From assembly GCA_965219385.1 (NCBI GenBank), contig CBDCNM010000001.1, positions 732,631 through 796,630 of the forward strand: a DNA stretch of 64,000 nucleotides. Direction: 5' to 3'. The translations under genes were made by a program, and so were the position numbers. The notes beneath the pieces are model-generated. The model was not told where the DNA came from. It saw only the letters and a program-made list of their open reading frames with translations, and made no database searches. Positions 8,736 to 17,134 of this stretch are shown here, one piece after another (positions within the stretch are counted from its first letter, which is position 1; every line of letters begins with the position of its first letter). The DNA comes from Candidatus Latescibacterota bacterium. Its GTDB lineage: Bacteria > Latescibacterota > UBA2968 > UBA8231.

Positions 8736-10697
8736 GTGCTGTCATCCAAATTGACAGGTTTTTTTCTCCTTGTTTTGCTGGGGTTTGCCCTGTTTTCGAA
8801 AAACGCTTCCGGAGTGATCATCTACCGGGTAGGAGCGCCGTTTGCAGAAGCGGAGAAAGACAGCCTCCAGGACCTGGGGATAGACTTTAGAGAAATCGAC
8901 TGGTCGTTTTCCGCCCTGGAGCAAGGCCTCGAATTGGATTCCTTGAGCACCGGCTCACTTCAACCCGATTTTTTCGATGAAGACGAGGATATGGCCCGGA
9001 CGGTCTCGAACAGAGGCGGATGGATAAGCGTAAGCGTGTACGGGGCAGAAAATACCCTGGTCGCACAGGTGCTCGTGGATGGAGATCCGAGTACGGCTTA
9101 TGTGTGGCCGGAGGCCGTTGATAGCCCAGCCAGGATAACCCTCGATTTGGGCGGACAATTCCTGGTCAAGAAGGTGCGTTTCCGCCCCCAGGCGGAAAAC
9201 CCGGGGCGCTTTTTAGAAAGCTTCGGGCTTGGTGTCGGCAACGCCCTCAGGAGCACCTCTTGCGGGCACTGTGTTGCGAATCTCCCATTGGCCAATATTC
9301 AAAAACCGGGAGGCGTAGCTCCGATGGAGCGAATAAGCGAAAACACAGATCCCGAGGTCACGGTGCTCCTCGAGCCGCCGGACGGGCTGGAGACCCGTTT
9401 TCTACAGCTGAATATTCGTCGCGTAACTACCAAGGCAATCGAGCTGGCCGAATTCGAGGTTTACGGCGGTGGTTTCGTCAACCAGGCCTCCTATGCATCG
9501 GACATCATCGAGCTGGAGAACCTGGCCAGCTGGGGCCCGATCACCTGGTCGGGCCGGCAGGATCCCAACGCCCGGATCGAGATCCGCACCCGCACCGGCA
9601 CCGACCCCCAGCCGGATATCTTCTGGGAGGCCCGCCCCGAACAGCAAGATAGCATAAGATACCTCCAGGGCGGTGGAAGCCTGAGCGCCAAGGACTACAA
9701 AGCGAGCTACGACCGGCTCCCGGATGTGTTCAAGCCCACAGATGAATGGAACAGGGTGAGTCCGGATGCGGAAAACTGGAGCTTCTGGTCGAGCCCGTAT
9801 GATTTTGCCCAGCCGGGCGTGGATCTGGCCTCCCCCAGCTCGCGCCAGTTCATTCAGCTCCGGGCCGATTTTACCTCCACCTCCGAGGACGGGGGCAAGA
9901 TCGACTACCTAGAATTCAAGGCCTCGGTGCCGCCGGCGGTGCGCGGCATCGTGGGCGAGATTTTCCCGCCCGAGACCCGGATCGGCGCGGTGACCCACTT
10001 CACCTATTTTGTCAAGCCGACCATCCGCGCCGGGGATCAGGGCTTTGACAGCGTGGAGATTGCCACTCCTGCGGGGTTTACCTCGGTGGATTCGTTGCGC
10101 TTAGGGGGGGTGGATCAGGCGGGTTTTACCTGGGTGGCCCAGGAAGACGGTCTAGGCTTTGAGGTGCAGTTGCCGCGGAAGCTGGGTCCGGCCGACAGCG
10201 GAGTGGTCCTGGAGGTGGTGTTCAGTGCCCCGGTGCTGCGGGAGGTGGGCACCTTCTTTGACGGTAGGGTGTTCGACAGCACTCGCCCTCAGGAGGTGCG
10301 GCAGCAGATCGTCCCGGGCAATGCCGCGGATGAGGCGGAGAGCGAACTTTTATCGGTGCGCACCTCGGTGGGTGAATCCTTGTTGTTCGCGCCCCGGGTT
10401 TTTCCCACGCCCTTTAGCCCCAACGGGGATGCGATCAACGATGTATTGACGATTTCCTACACCCTCTTGCGGGTCACCGCGCCGGTGCCGGTTTCGGTGG
10501 GGATCTACGATCTTTCCGGCGCCCTGGTAAAGCAGGTGTATGCGGGGGAGGATTCGATTGGCGAGTACGCCCGCTCCTGGGATGGCACGGACCGTTCCAA
10601 CCGGCTGGTGGCGCCGGGGATCTACCTGTATCGCCTAGCGGTGGACCTGCACACGGCACGGGAAGTCAGGAGCGGCATTGTCTCCGTGGTCTATTAG
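8736..10697 (+). CDS. Secreted discoidin-like jelly-roll protein with FlgD-Ig/T9SS-like C-terminal domain (tandem copy 1)
   Basis: Signal peptide; LDLG...V..V.F.P...EFEVYG; FSPNGDAIND...IYDLSG.LV...WDGTD...PGIY; ends VVY. Confidence 0.8.
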   Translation: MLSSKLTGFFLLVLLGFALFSKNASGVIIYRVGAPFAEAEKDSLQDLGIDFREIDWSFSALEQGLELDSLSTGSLQPDFFDEDEDMARTVSNRGGWISVSVYGAENTLVAQVLVDGDPSTAYVWPEAVDSPARITLDLGGQFLVKKVRFRPQAENPGRFLESFGLGVGNALRSTSCGHCVANLPLANIQKPGGVAPMERISENTDPEVTVLLEPPDGLETRFLQLNIRRVTTKAIELAEFEVYGGGFVNQASYASDIIELENLASWGPITWSGRQDPNARIEIRTRTGTDPQPDIFWEARPEQQDSIRYLQGGGSLSAKDYKASYDRLPDVFKPTDEWNRVSPDAENWSFWSSPYDFAQPGVDLASPSSRQFIQLRADFTSTSEDGGKIDYLEFKASVPPAVRGIVGEIFPPETRIGAVTHFTYFVKPTIRAGDQGFDSVEIATPAGFTSVDSLRLGGVDQAGFTWVAQEDGLGFEVQLPRKLGPADSGVVLEVVFSAPVLREVGTFFDGRVFDSTRPQEVRQQIVPGNAADEAESELLSVRTSVGESLLFAPRVFPTPFSPNGDAINDVLTISYTLLRVTAPVPVSVGIYDLSGALVKQVYAGEDSIGEYARSWDGTDRSNRLVAPGIYLYRLAVDLHTAREVRSGIVSVVY

Positions 10698-12672
10698 TGA
10701 TGAGGGCATTATGCTTTTACTCAAATTGACAGGATTGTTCCTGCTTGCCTGGATGGGCTTCACCTTCTTTGCGGGTGACGCATCCGGCGTGGTTGTCTAT
10801 AGAGTCGGAACGCCGTTTTCAGCGGCGGAAAAAGACAGCCTCCGGGGCCTGGGGGTCGACTTTAGAGAAATCGACTGGTCGTTTTCCGCCCTGGAGCAAG
10901 GCCTCGAATTGGATTCCTTGAGCACCGGCTCACTTCAACCCTATTTTTTCGATGAAGACGAGGATATGGCCCGGACGGTCTCGAACAGAGGCGGATGGAT
11001 AAGCGTAAGCGTGTACGGACGGGGCAATACCCTGGTCGCACAGGTGCTCGTGGATGGAGATCCGAGTACGGCTTATGTGTGGGTGGAGGCCGTTGATAGC
11101 CCAGCCAAGATAACCCTCGATTTGGGCGGACAATTCCTGGTCAAGAAGGTGCGTTTCCGCCCCCAGGCGGAAAACCCGGGGCGCTTTTTAGAAAGCTTCG
11201 GGCTTGGTGTCGGCAACGACCTCAGGAGCACCGCTTGCGGGCAGTGTGTTGCGAATCTCCCATTGGCCAATATTCAAAAACCGGGAGGCGTAGCTCCGAT
11301 GGAGCGAATAAGCGAAAACACAGATCCCGAGGTCACGGTGCTCCTCGAGCCGCCGGACGGGCTGGAGACCCGTTTTCTACAGCTGCATATTCGTCGCGTA
11401 ACTACCAAGGCAATCGAGCTGGCCGAATTCGAGGTTTACGGCGGCGGTTTCGTCAGCCAGGCCTCCTATGCATCGGACATCATCGAGCTGGAGAACCTGG
11501 CCAGCTGGGGCCCGATCACCTGGTCGGGCCGGCAGGATCCCAACGCCCGGATCGAGATCCGCACCCGCACCGGCACCGACCCCCAGCCGGATATCTTCTG
11601 GGAGGCCCGCCCCGAACAGCAAGATAGCATAAGATACCTCCAGGGCGGTGGAAGCCTGAGCGCCAAGGACTACAAAGCGAGCTACGACCGGCTCCCGGAT
11701 GTGTTCAAGCCCACAGATGAATGGAACAGGGTGAGTCCGGATGCGGAAAACTGGAGCTTCTGGTCGAGCCCGTATGATTTTGCCCAGCCGGGCGTGGATC
11801 TGGCCTCCCCCAGCTCGCGCCAGTTCATTCAGCTCCGGGCCGATTTTACCTCCACCTTCGAGGACGGGGGCAAGATCGACTACCTAGAATTCAAGGCCTC
11901 GGTGCCGCCGGCGGTGCGCGGCATCGTGGGCGAGATTTTCCCGCCCGAGACCCGGATCGGCGCGGTGACCCACTTCACCTACTTTATCAAGCCGACCATC
12001 CGCGCCGGGGATCAGGGCTTTGACAGCGTGGAGATTGCCACTCCTGCGGGGTTTACCTCGGTGGATTCGTTGCGCTTAGGGGGGGTGGATCAGGCGGGTT
12101 TTACCTGGGTGGCCCAGGAAGACGGTCTAGGCTTTGAGGTGCAGTTGCCGCGGAAGCTGGGTCCGGCCGACAGCGGAGTGGTCCTGGAGGTGGTGTTCAG
12201 TGCCCCGGTGCTGCGGGAGGTGGGCACCTTCTTTGACGGTAGGGTGTTCGACAGCACTCGCCCTCAGGAGGTGCGGCAGCAGATCGTCCCGGGCAATGCC
12301 GCGGATGAGGCGGAGAGCGAACTTTTATCGGTGCGCACCTCGGTGGGTGAATCCTTGTTGTTCGCGCCCCGGGTTTTTCCCACGCCCTTTAGCCCCAACG
12401 GGGATGCGATCAACGATGTATTGACGATTTCCTACACCCTCTTGCGGGTCACCGCGCCGGTGCCGGTTTCGGTGGGGATCTACGATCTTTCCGGCGCCCT
12501 GGTAAAGCAGGTGTATGCGGGGGAGGATTCGATTGGCGAGTACGCCCGCTCCTGGGATGGCACGGACCGTTCCAACCGGCTGGTGGCGCCGGGGATCTAC
12601 CTGTATCGCCTAGCGGTGGACCTGCACACGGCACGAGAAGTCAGGAGCGGCATTGTCTCCGTGGTCTATTAG
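8883..12672 (+). repeat. Near-identical direct repeat 8883-10697 / 10858-12672 (1815 nt, offset 1975)
   Basis: Manual comparison finds about 20 differences; the preceding ~150 nt are clearly more divergent. Confidence 0.95.
10711..12672 (+). CDS. Secreted discoidin-like jelly-roll protein with FlgD-Ig/T9SS-like C-terminal domain (tandem copy 2)
   Basis: ATG 10711 lies exactly 1975 nt after the start of copy 1 and gives the same 653-aa length. Confidence 0.8.
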   Translation: MLLLKLTGLFLLAWMGFTFFAGDASGVVVYRVGTPFSAAEKDSLRGLGVDFREIDWSFSALEQGLELDSLSTGSLQPYFFDEDEDMARTVSNRGGWISVSVYGRGNTLVAQVLVDGDPSTAYVWVEAVDSPAKITLDLGGQFLVKKVRFRPQAENPGRFLESFGLGVGNDLRSTACGQCVANLPLANIQKPGGVAPMERISENTDPEVTVLLEPPDGLETRFLQLHIRRVTTKAIELAEFEVYGGGFVSQASYASDIIELENLASWGPITWSGRQDPNARIEIRTRTGTDPQPDIFWEARPEQQDSIRYLQGGGSLSAKDYKASYDRLPDVFKPTDEWNRVSPDAENWSFWSSPYDFAQPGVDLASPSSRQFIQLRADFTSTFEDGGKIDYLEFKASVPPAVRGIVGEIFPPETRIGAVTHFTYFIKPTIRAGDQGFDSVEIATPAGFTSVDSLRLGGVDQAGFTWVAQEDGLGFEVQLPRKLGPADSGVVLEVVFSAPVLREVGTFFDGRVFDSTRPQEVRQQIVPGNAADEAESELLSVRTSVGESLLFAPRVFPTPFSPNGDAINDVLTISYTLLRVTAPVPVSVGIYDLSGALVKQVYAGEDSIGEYARSWDGTDRSNRLVAPGIYLYRLAVDLHTAREVRSGIVSVVY

Positions 12673-12702
12673 TTTTTTCCTTAATAACGCGGGCGGTGGT
12701 CC

Positions 12703-15342
12703 ATGAATACATTGAAACGAAATGGCCAACCAAAGCGAAAAACCCTGGCTCGTCTTTTATTTGCCCTGGCCTGGGGAGGGGTATTTGTCAACTCGGTCGT
12801 ATGGGGGCAGCGGGTGGAACGGGGTGGCTATGCCATAGAAGACGGCAGTAGGGTCGTCATCGATTCAAAAGACCACTGGGATCGCTGGCAGAGTGCTTTC
12901 AAGACGATCCAGATCAGCGAAGAGGGGGAAGGGCGGCCCGCCTTTATCCGCAAGGAGATAAACGCAGTCGCAAATGCCGCTGAGTTTGGCGGCGGGATCA
13001 GGGCTGCGGGTTCCAATCTTGCGGCCGCGGATGCCCTTCTGGACGGCGATATGAACACCTTCTGGGAACCGGATCTATCAGACCCTCCAGAGAACTGGTG
13101 GATGCAAATCGATCTGGGACGGGGGGTGTCCGCCACCAAGATTGTCCTGAAGTTTGTCGGGGAGGATCTGGGCGACCCATTCCTGCACTTCAGGGTCATC
13201 ACGTCTCAGGGGGAAGAATCCCTTGGCGCGCTTCAATTCAGGAAGGTTTTCAAAACCAACAAACCGACCCTGGAACAGAGAGTCTTCGAGGTCGATTTAA
13301 CCAAACTGCCGCCGACGAAATATCCAAATGTTCTCGGAGACTTTACCGGCGACATGATCAGGTATGTAGGGGTAGTTGCAACAGGCAGCAACTACGGCAA
13401 GGCAAAAAAGATCTCCGAGGCCGAATATGCCGATCTCGGGCCCGAGGATCGGGGCGACATAGAGTACTTCCGGCGAGAAGCATCGGGAAGGCTGAGGATG
13501 CTGGAAGGGAAGGAGGATTGGGACGCCCTCGAGGAGAGCAATAAAGGGCCTTTGGTCCATTACCGCCGAGAGCGTCCAAGGCTTGCGGAGATGGAGGTCT
13601 GGTCAATCGGCGACAATATCGGCGTGACCGTACTGGATCGGGGGGGCAAAGTGACGAGCTCTGAAAGCAATGGGGTTGAACATGTCCTGGTGGATGGGGA
13701 TATCTACAGTACTACAGCCGCGCCGTTCTGGCCCATCAGGGGGGGGTACAATCCCGATAAGCTGCTGCCGACCGAGTCGCCGGAACAAGAGCGCGATGCC
13801 GTGGTAGATCTTGGAGGCGCTTTCTTTGTGGACAATATACGCTTGTTTTTCCCGACCCACCCCGGTCCCCCAAGAGCCTACAGGGTGCGGCTGTCAGATG
13901 GTTCCAGGCATGCCGACGGGACCCTGGTCTGGAAAGAAGTTGGGAAGGAGCCTAGTGTCATACACCAACAACTGTATCACGATCACAAATTTCCTCTCAC
14001 CATAGCCAAGTATTTTGCCTATACCTACAGGCTCTTTGTGGGTCAGGGGCGCAAAGGGTTTGCCGAGGTACAACTTTTCGGCGAAGGTTTCATGCCGGAG
14101 TCCACCATCACATCCAACTTTGGAGGCACCGACCCTTTTATAGAGGTGGGGAGGACTTCGCAGAATCTGGCTACCATAGAATGGGATGCGGACACACCGC
14201 CGGGTACGGATGTCGTCCTTCAGACCAAGACGGGTGATACCGTCGAAACCATAACCCACTACATAAAGAAGAACGGGGACGAATATCCGGGCACCGAAGA
14301 AGAAGCCAAGGAAGAGTACGAAAATCAAAAGAAATTCTTCGGAGACGCATCCGTGGGGCCCATTGTCACTGAGACCATCCCGGGAAGCGATTGGAGCGGT
14401 TGGAGCGAGCGCTATTTCAAGCCGGGGGATGCGATAAAATCACCCAGTCCCAGAAAATTCGTGGCGATCCAGGCGACCTTTCTGACAAAAGATCCCATGG
14501 TATCGGCGACATTGCGTTCGGTGACGCTCAATTTCGTAAATCCCGTGGCTCGCAGCGTGGTTGGCGAGATCCTGCCCCCCCGTCTGGACCAGATAGGCAC
14601 CAACCAGGCCCTGACCTATATCATCCGTCCGAGCTTTGAGACCGCCAGCAGGGGCTTCGATGATATCCTTATCGCGGCCCCTCCCGGCGTGAAAATGAAA
14701 TTCAAGCAAGTCGATGTGGACGTAACGGGGAGCCCGGCTGTAAGTTATACCGCCCAGAGCGCAGGTTTCCAGGTGCTTTCCGACGAGTCCGATTCGCTCT
14801 GGGTGCGTCTGCCCGCTGTTATTAAAACCACCAGGGGGACGACGCGGGTCGAGGTCCAATTTGACGCGACCATATTCGGCTTTGCCACTTTCTTCAATGG
14901 GTCCATAGCCAATGCTTCCTTTGAAAATTCCTGGCAAAGGGTGGATGATGGCGATGCAAACGGGGTTCTGGGAGACAGTGAACAGACCGTGATTTTAGCC
15001 CTTGAGGGCAACGAGGTGCTGGGCGATATCGTGCTCGACCGCGAGGTTTTCACCCCCAATGCCGACGGAATCAACGATGAGCTTGCAGTGCGCTTTCCGC
15101 TCATGCGCGTGGCCAGCACCACCTCGGTCCAGGTGCAAATATACGATCTCAGCGGCCGTCTCGTACACGAATTGATCAATGAGCCGCTCTCTGCTGGATT
15201 CCATACCGTGCCTTGGACAGGCGTCAATGCCTCTGGAGAGCTGGTTCCTCCTGGCATATATCTTCTGAGAATCGACATCGATATCGATTCGGATTCGGTG
15301 AAAGACACCTCGGTTAATCGCCTGGTACAGGTCGTCTATTGA
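12703..15342 (+). CDS. Secreted protein with two discoidin-like domains and FlgD-Ig/T9SS-like C-terminal domain
   Basis: LLDGD..TFW...WMQIDLG, second VDLGG..FVD.I; WSGWS, SPSPRKF, GEILP, FTPNADGIND, IYDLSGRLV, PGIY; ends VVY. Confidence 0.8.
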   Translation: MNTLKRNGQPKRKTLARLLFALAWGGVFVNSVVWGQRVERGGYAIEDGSRVVIDSKDHWDRWQSAFKTIQISEEGEGRPAFIRKEINAVANAAEFGGGIRAAGSNLAAADALLDGDMNTFWEPDLSDPPENWWMQIDLGRGVSATKIVLKFVGEDLGDPFLHFRVITSQGEESLGALQFRKVFKTNKPTLEQRVFEVDLTKLPPTKYPNVLGDFTGDMIRYVGVVATGSNYGKAKKISEAEYADLGPEDRGDIEYFRREASGRLRMLEGKEDWDALEESNKGPLVHYRRERPRLAEMEVWSIGDNIGVTVLDRGGKVTSSESNGVEHVLVDGDIYSTTAAPFWPIRGGYNPDKLLPTESPEQERDAVVDLGGAFFVDNIRLFFPTHPGPPRAYRVRLSDGSRHADGTLVWKEVGKEPSVIHQQLYHDHKFPLTIAKYFAYTYRLFVGQGRKGFAEVQLFGEGFMPESTITSNFGGTDPFIEVGRTSQNLATIEWDADTPPGTDVVLQTKTGDTVETITHYIKKNGDEYPGTEEEAKEEYENQKKFFGDASVGPIVTETIPGSDWSGWSERYFKPGDAIKSPSPRKFVAIQATFLTKDPMVSATLRSVTLNFVNPVARSVVGEILPPRLDQIGTNQALTYIIRPSFETASRGFDDILIAAPPGVKMKFKQVDVDVTGSPAVSYTAQSAGFQVLSDESDSLWVRLPAVIKTTRGTTRVEVQFDATIFGFATFFNGSIANASFENSWQRVDDGDANGVLGDSEQTVILALEGNEVLGDIVLDREVFTPNADGINDELAVRFPLMRVASTTSVQVQIYDLSGRLVHELINEPLSAGFHTVPWTGVNASGELVPPGIYLLRIDIDIDSDSVKDTSVNRLVQVVY

Positions 15343-15370
15343 TTCATAGTTCATCCGGGAGAGGGATAGG

Positions 15371-17095
15371 TTGAATAGACCGCATTTTTTCAGACCATCG
15401 TGGGGGTGCATCCTTTTCTTTCTATCACTATCAACAGGACTTGCACCAATAAAGGCTCACGGGGAGACCATCATCGTAGGGGGTGGTCCGGGTACGTCTG
15501 CGTGGGACGGCCAATATTCCGAGATATCCGTCATCGATTTTGCAACCAATCCCGGCCAGATCCAGCCCATTCAAAATGACCCTGAGGATAATATCTCCCT
15601 GAAGATACTCGAAAGAGGGGGTGCGATAACATCGCCCAATGCAAGAATAGTGCTCGAAATATCCGACGCTGAGTCCATTCTGCTCTTGAATCATATGGTC
15701 AGCGGTGATACGACCAAAGCCTTTGAAATTAAGGGGATTATCGCTGTGGGGATCATAATTGACATAGATCTGGGCCAGCGTTTTGCGGTCAACAGACTCA
15801 AATTTTTTCCGCGCACGGGCTTTGAAGACTTTTTTTTGAAAGGCTACGAGATATCTTTAAACGACGGCAGCGAGGAGCAGAGGACCCTGGCGGGAACGCC
15901 CGATTTCAGGCTCTTTAAAGCAGTGGAACGCAACACCAATCCAGTAGTCGAGGAGAATATCCCGCTGCAATTTGTCCGTTTTATAAAGATAAAACAGCTT
16001 GTGAGAGGGGAATGGGAGATCGACGAGATAGAAATCTTCGGCTTAGGGTTTGCCTCGGAAGCGTCGTACACATCAAAGGTATTCGATCAAGGACAGCCTG
16101 CCGTCTTTGGCGGGATAACGTGGTCCGGCGGGAATATAGGCGAACCGACCAAAGCAGGTGTCACCCTGTCTACGAGGAGCGGCACCAGTCCGGACCCCGG
16201 TGATCCTTTGGCCTGGAGCACCTGGTCGCCTCCCTACCCTCAGGGCGTCCTCAGCGATATCGAATCGCCGGTACCCCGTCAATTTTTTCAGTTTCGCTTC
16301 CTTTTTAAAAGCGACGATATTTTTTCCGCGGCCACGGTCGACTCGCTCGAATTTGAAATTTCTCCCGCACTGGCCGATTCGGTGAAGGGCGAGATCTGGC
16401 CGCAAAACGCCTTTATCGGGCAAGATACTACATTCACCTACATCTTGAGATCGTTTGACAGCAAAGGCTTCGACCGCCTCCAGATAAAGACCCTGGCACC
16501 GGTGGATGTGGTGCGCTCAGTGGAAATAGATGGAACCGAGGTCCCGGTCGACTTTGCGAATGTCGGAGACGGGGTCCAGATCAGCTTCCCCAGGATCGTG
16601 GGAAACAGGACCCTCAGAGTGGTCTTCGACAGCATAGCTTTGCAGTACAACACCGTCTTCAGAGGCAAGGTCTCCGATAGCTCCAGGCCCGATAATCTGC
16701 CCCAATTGGTGGTAGCGGGAGACGTGGATCCCCTGGCCGAAGGAGATGACCTTTCGGTCACCATCCTCGTAGGCAAAGACCTGATCCACTCCATGGACGT
16801 GGCCCCTGCCCTTACACCGAATGGAGATGGAGTAAATGACGAACTTCTCGTAACCTACGATATCGTCAACCTGACGCATGCAGCCCCGGTTTTGGTAAGG
16901 GCGTACGACCTTGCTGGCAGGCTTGTGAAGGAGATTTATTCTGGCCTGGATTCCAGTGGAAGGTACCAGCAGGTCTGGGACGGAACCGACGATGGTAGAG
17001 CCCTGGTGGCGCCCGGAATCTACCTGGTGCACCTGGAGATAGAGGCGGATTCGGGGACGGAGGGCAAAACGGCAATCGTATCTTTAGTCTATTGA
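15371..17095 (+). CDS. Secreted discoidin-like protein with FlgD-Ig/T9SS-like C-terminal domain
   Basis: IDLGQRF.VN..KFFPR, WSTWS, SP.PRQFFQ, GEIWP, LTPNGDGVND, WDGTD, PGIY; ends LVY. Confidence 0.8.
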   Translation: MNRPHFFRPSWGCILFFLSLSTGLAPIKAHGETIIVGGGPGTSAWDGQYSEISVIDFATNPGQIQPIQNDPEDNISLKILERGGAITSPNARIVLEISDAESILLLNHMVSGDTTKAFEIKGIIAVGIIIDIDLGQRFAVNRLKFFPRTGFEDFFLKGYEISLNDGSEEQRTLAGTPDFRLFKAVERNTNPVVEENIPLQFVRFIKIKQLVRGEWEIDEIEIFGLGFASEASYTSKVFDQGQPAVFGGITWSGGNIGEPTKAGVTLSTRSGTSPDPGDPLAWSTWSPPYPQGVLSDIESPVPRQFFQFRFLFKSDDIFSAATVDSLEFEISPALADSVKGEIWPQNAFIGQDTTFTYILRSFDSKGFDRLQIKTLAPVDVVRSVEIDGTEVPVDFANVGDGVQISFPRIVGNRTLRVVFDSIALQYNTVFRGKVSDSSRPDNLPQLVVAGDVDPLAEGDDLSVTILVGKDLIHSMDVAPALTPNGDGVNDELLVTYDIVNLTHAAPVLVRAYDLAGRLVKEIYSGLDSSGRYQQVWDGTDDGRALVAPGIYLVHLEIEADSGTEGKTAIVSLVY

Positions 17096-17134
17096 TTGAT
17101 TCCATTGCAACTGAAAAAACAGGGTGGGATTCTC

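Noticed and set aside
9255..9275. CGHC/CGQC as heme-c or thioredoxin motif
   Set aside because: No His after the second Cys and no thioredoxin context; more likely a disulfide loop.
8883..12672. Diversity-generating retroelement TR/VR pair
   Set aside because: Differences are not adenine-specific, the repeat spans whole genes, and no reverse transcriptase is in the window.
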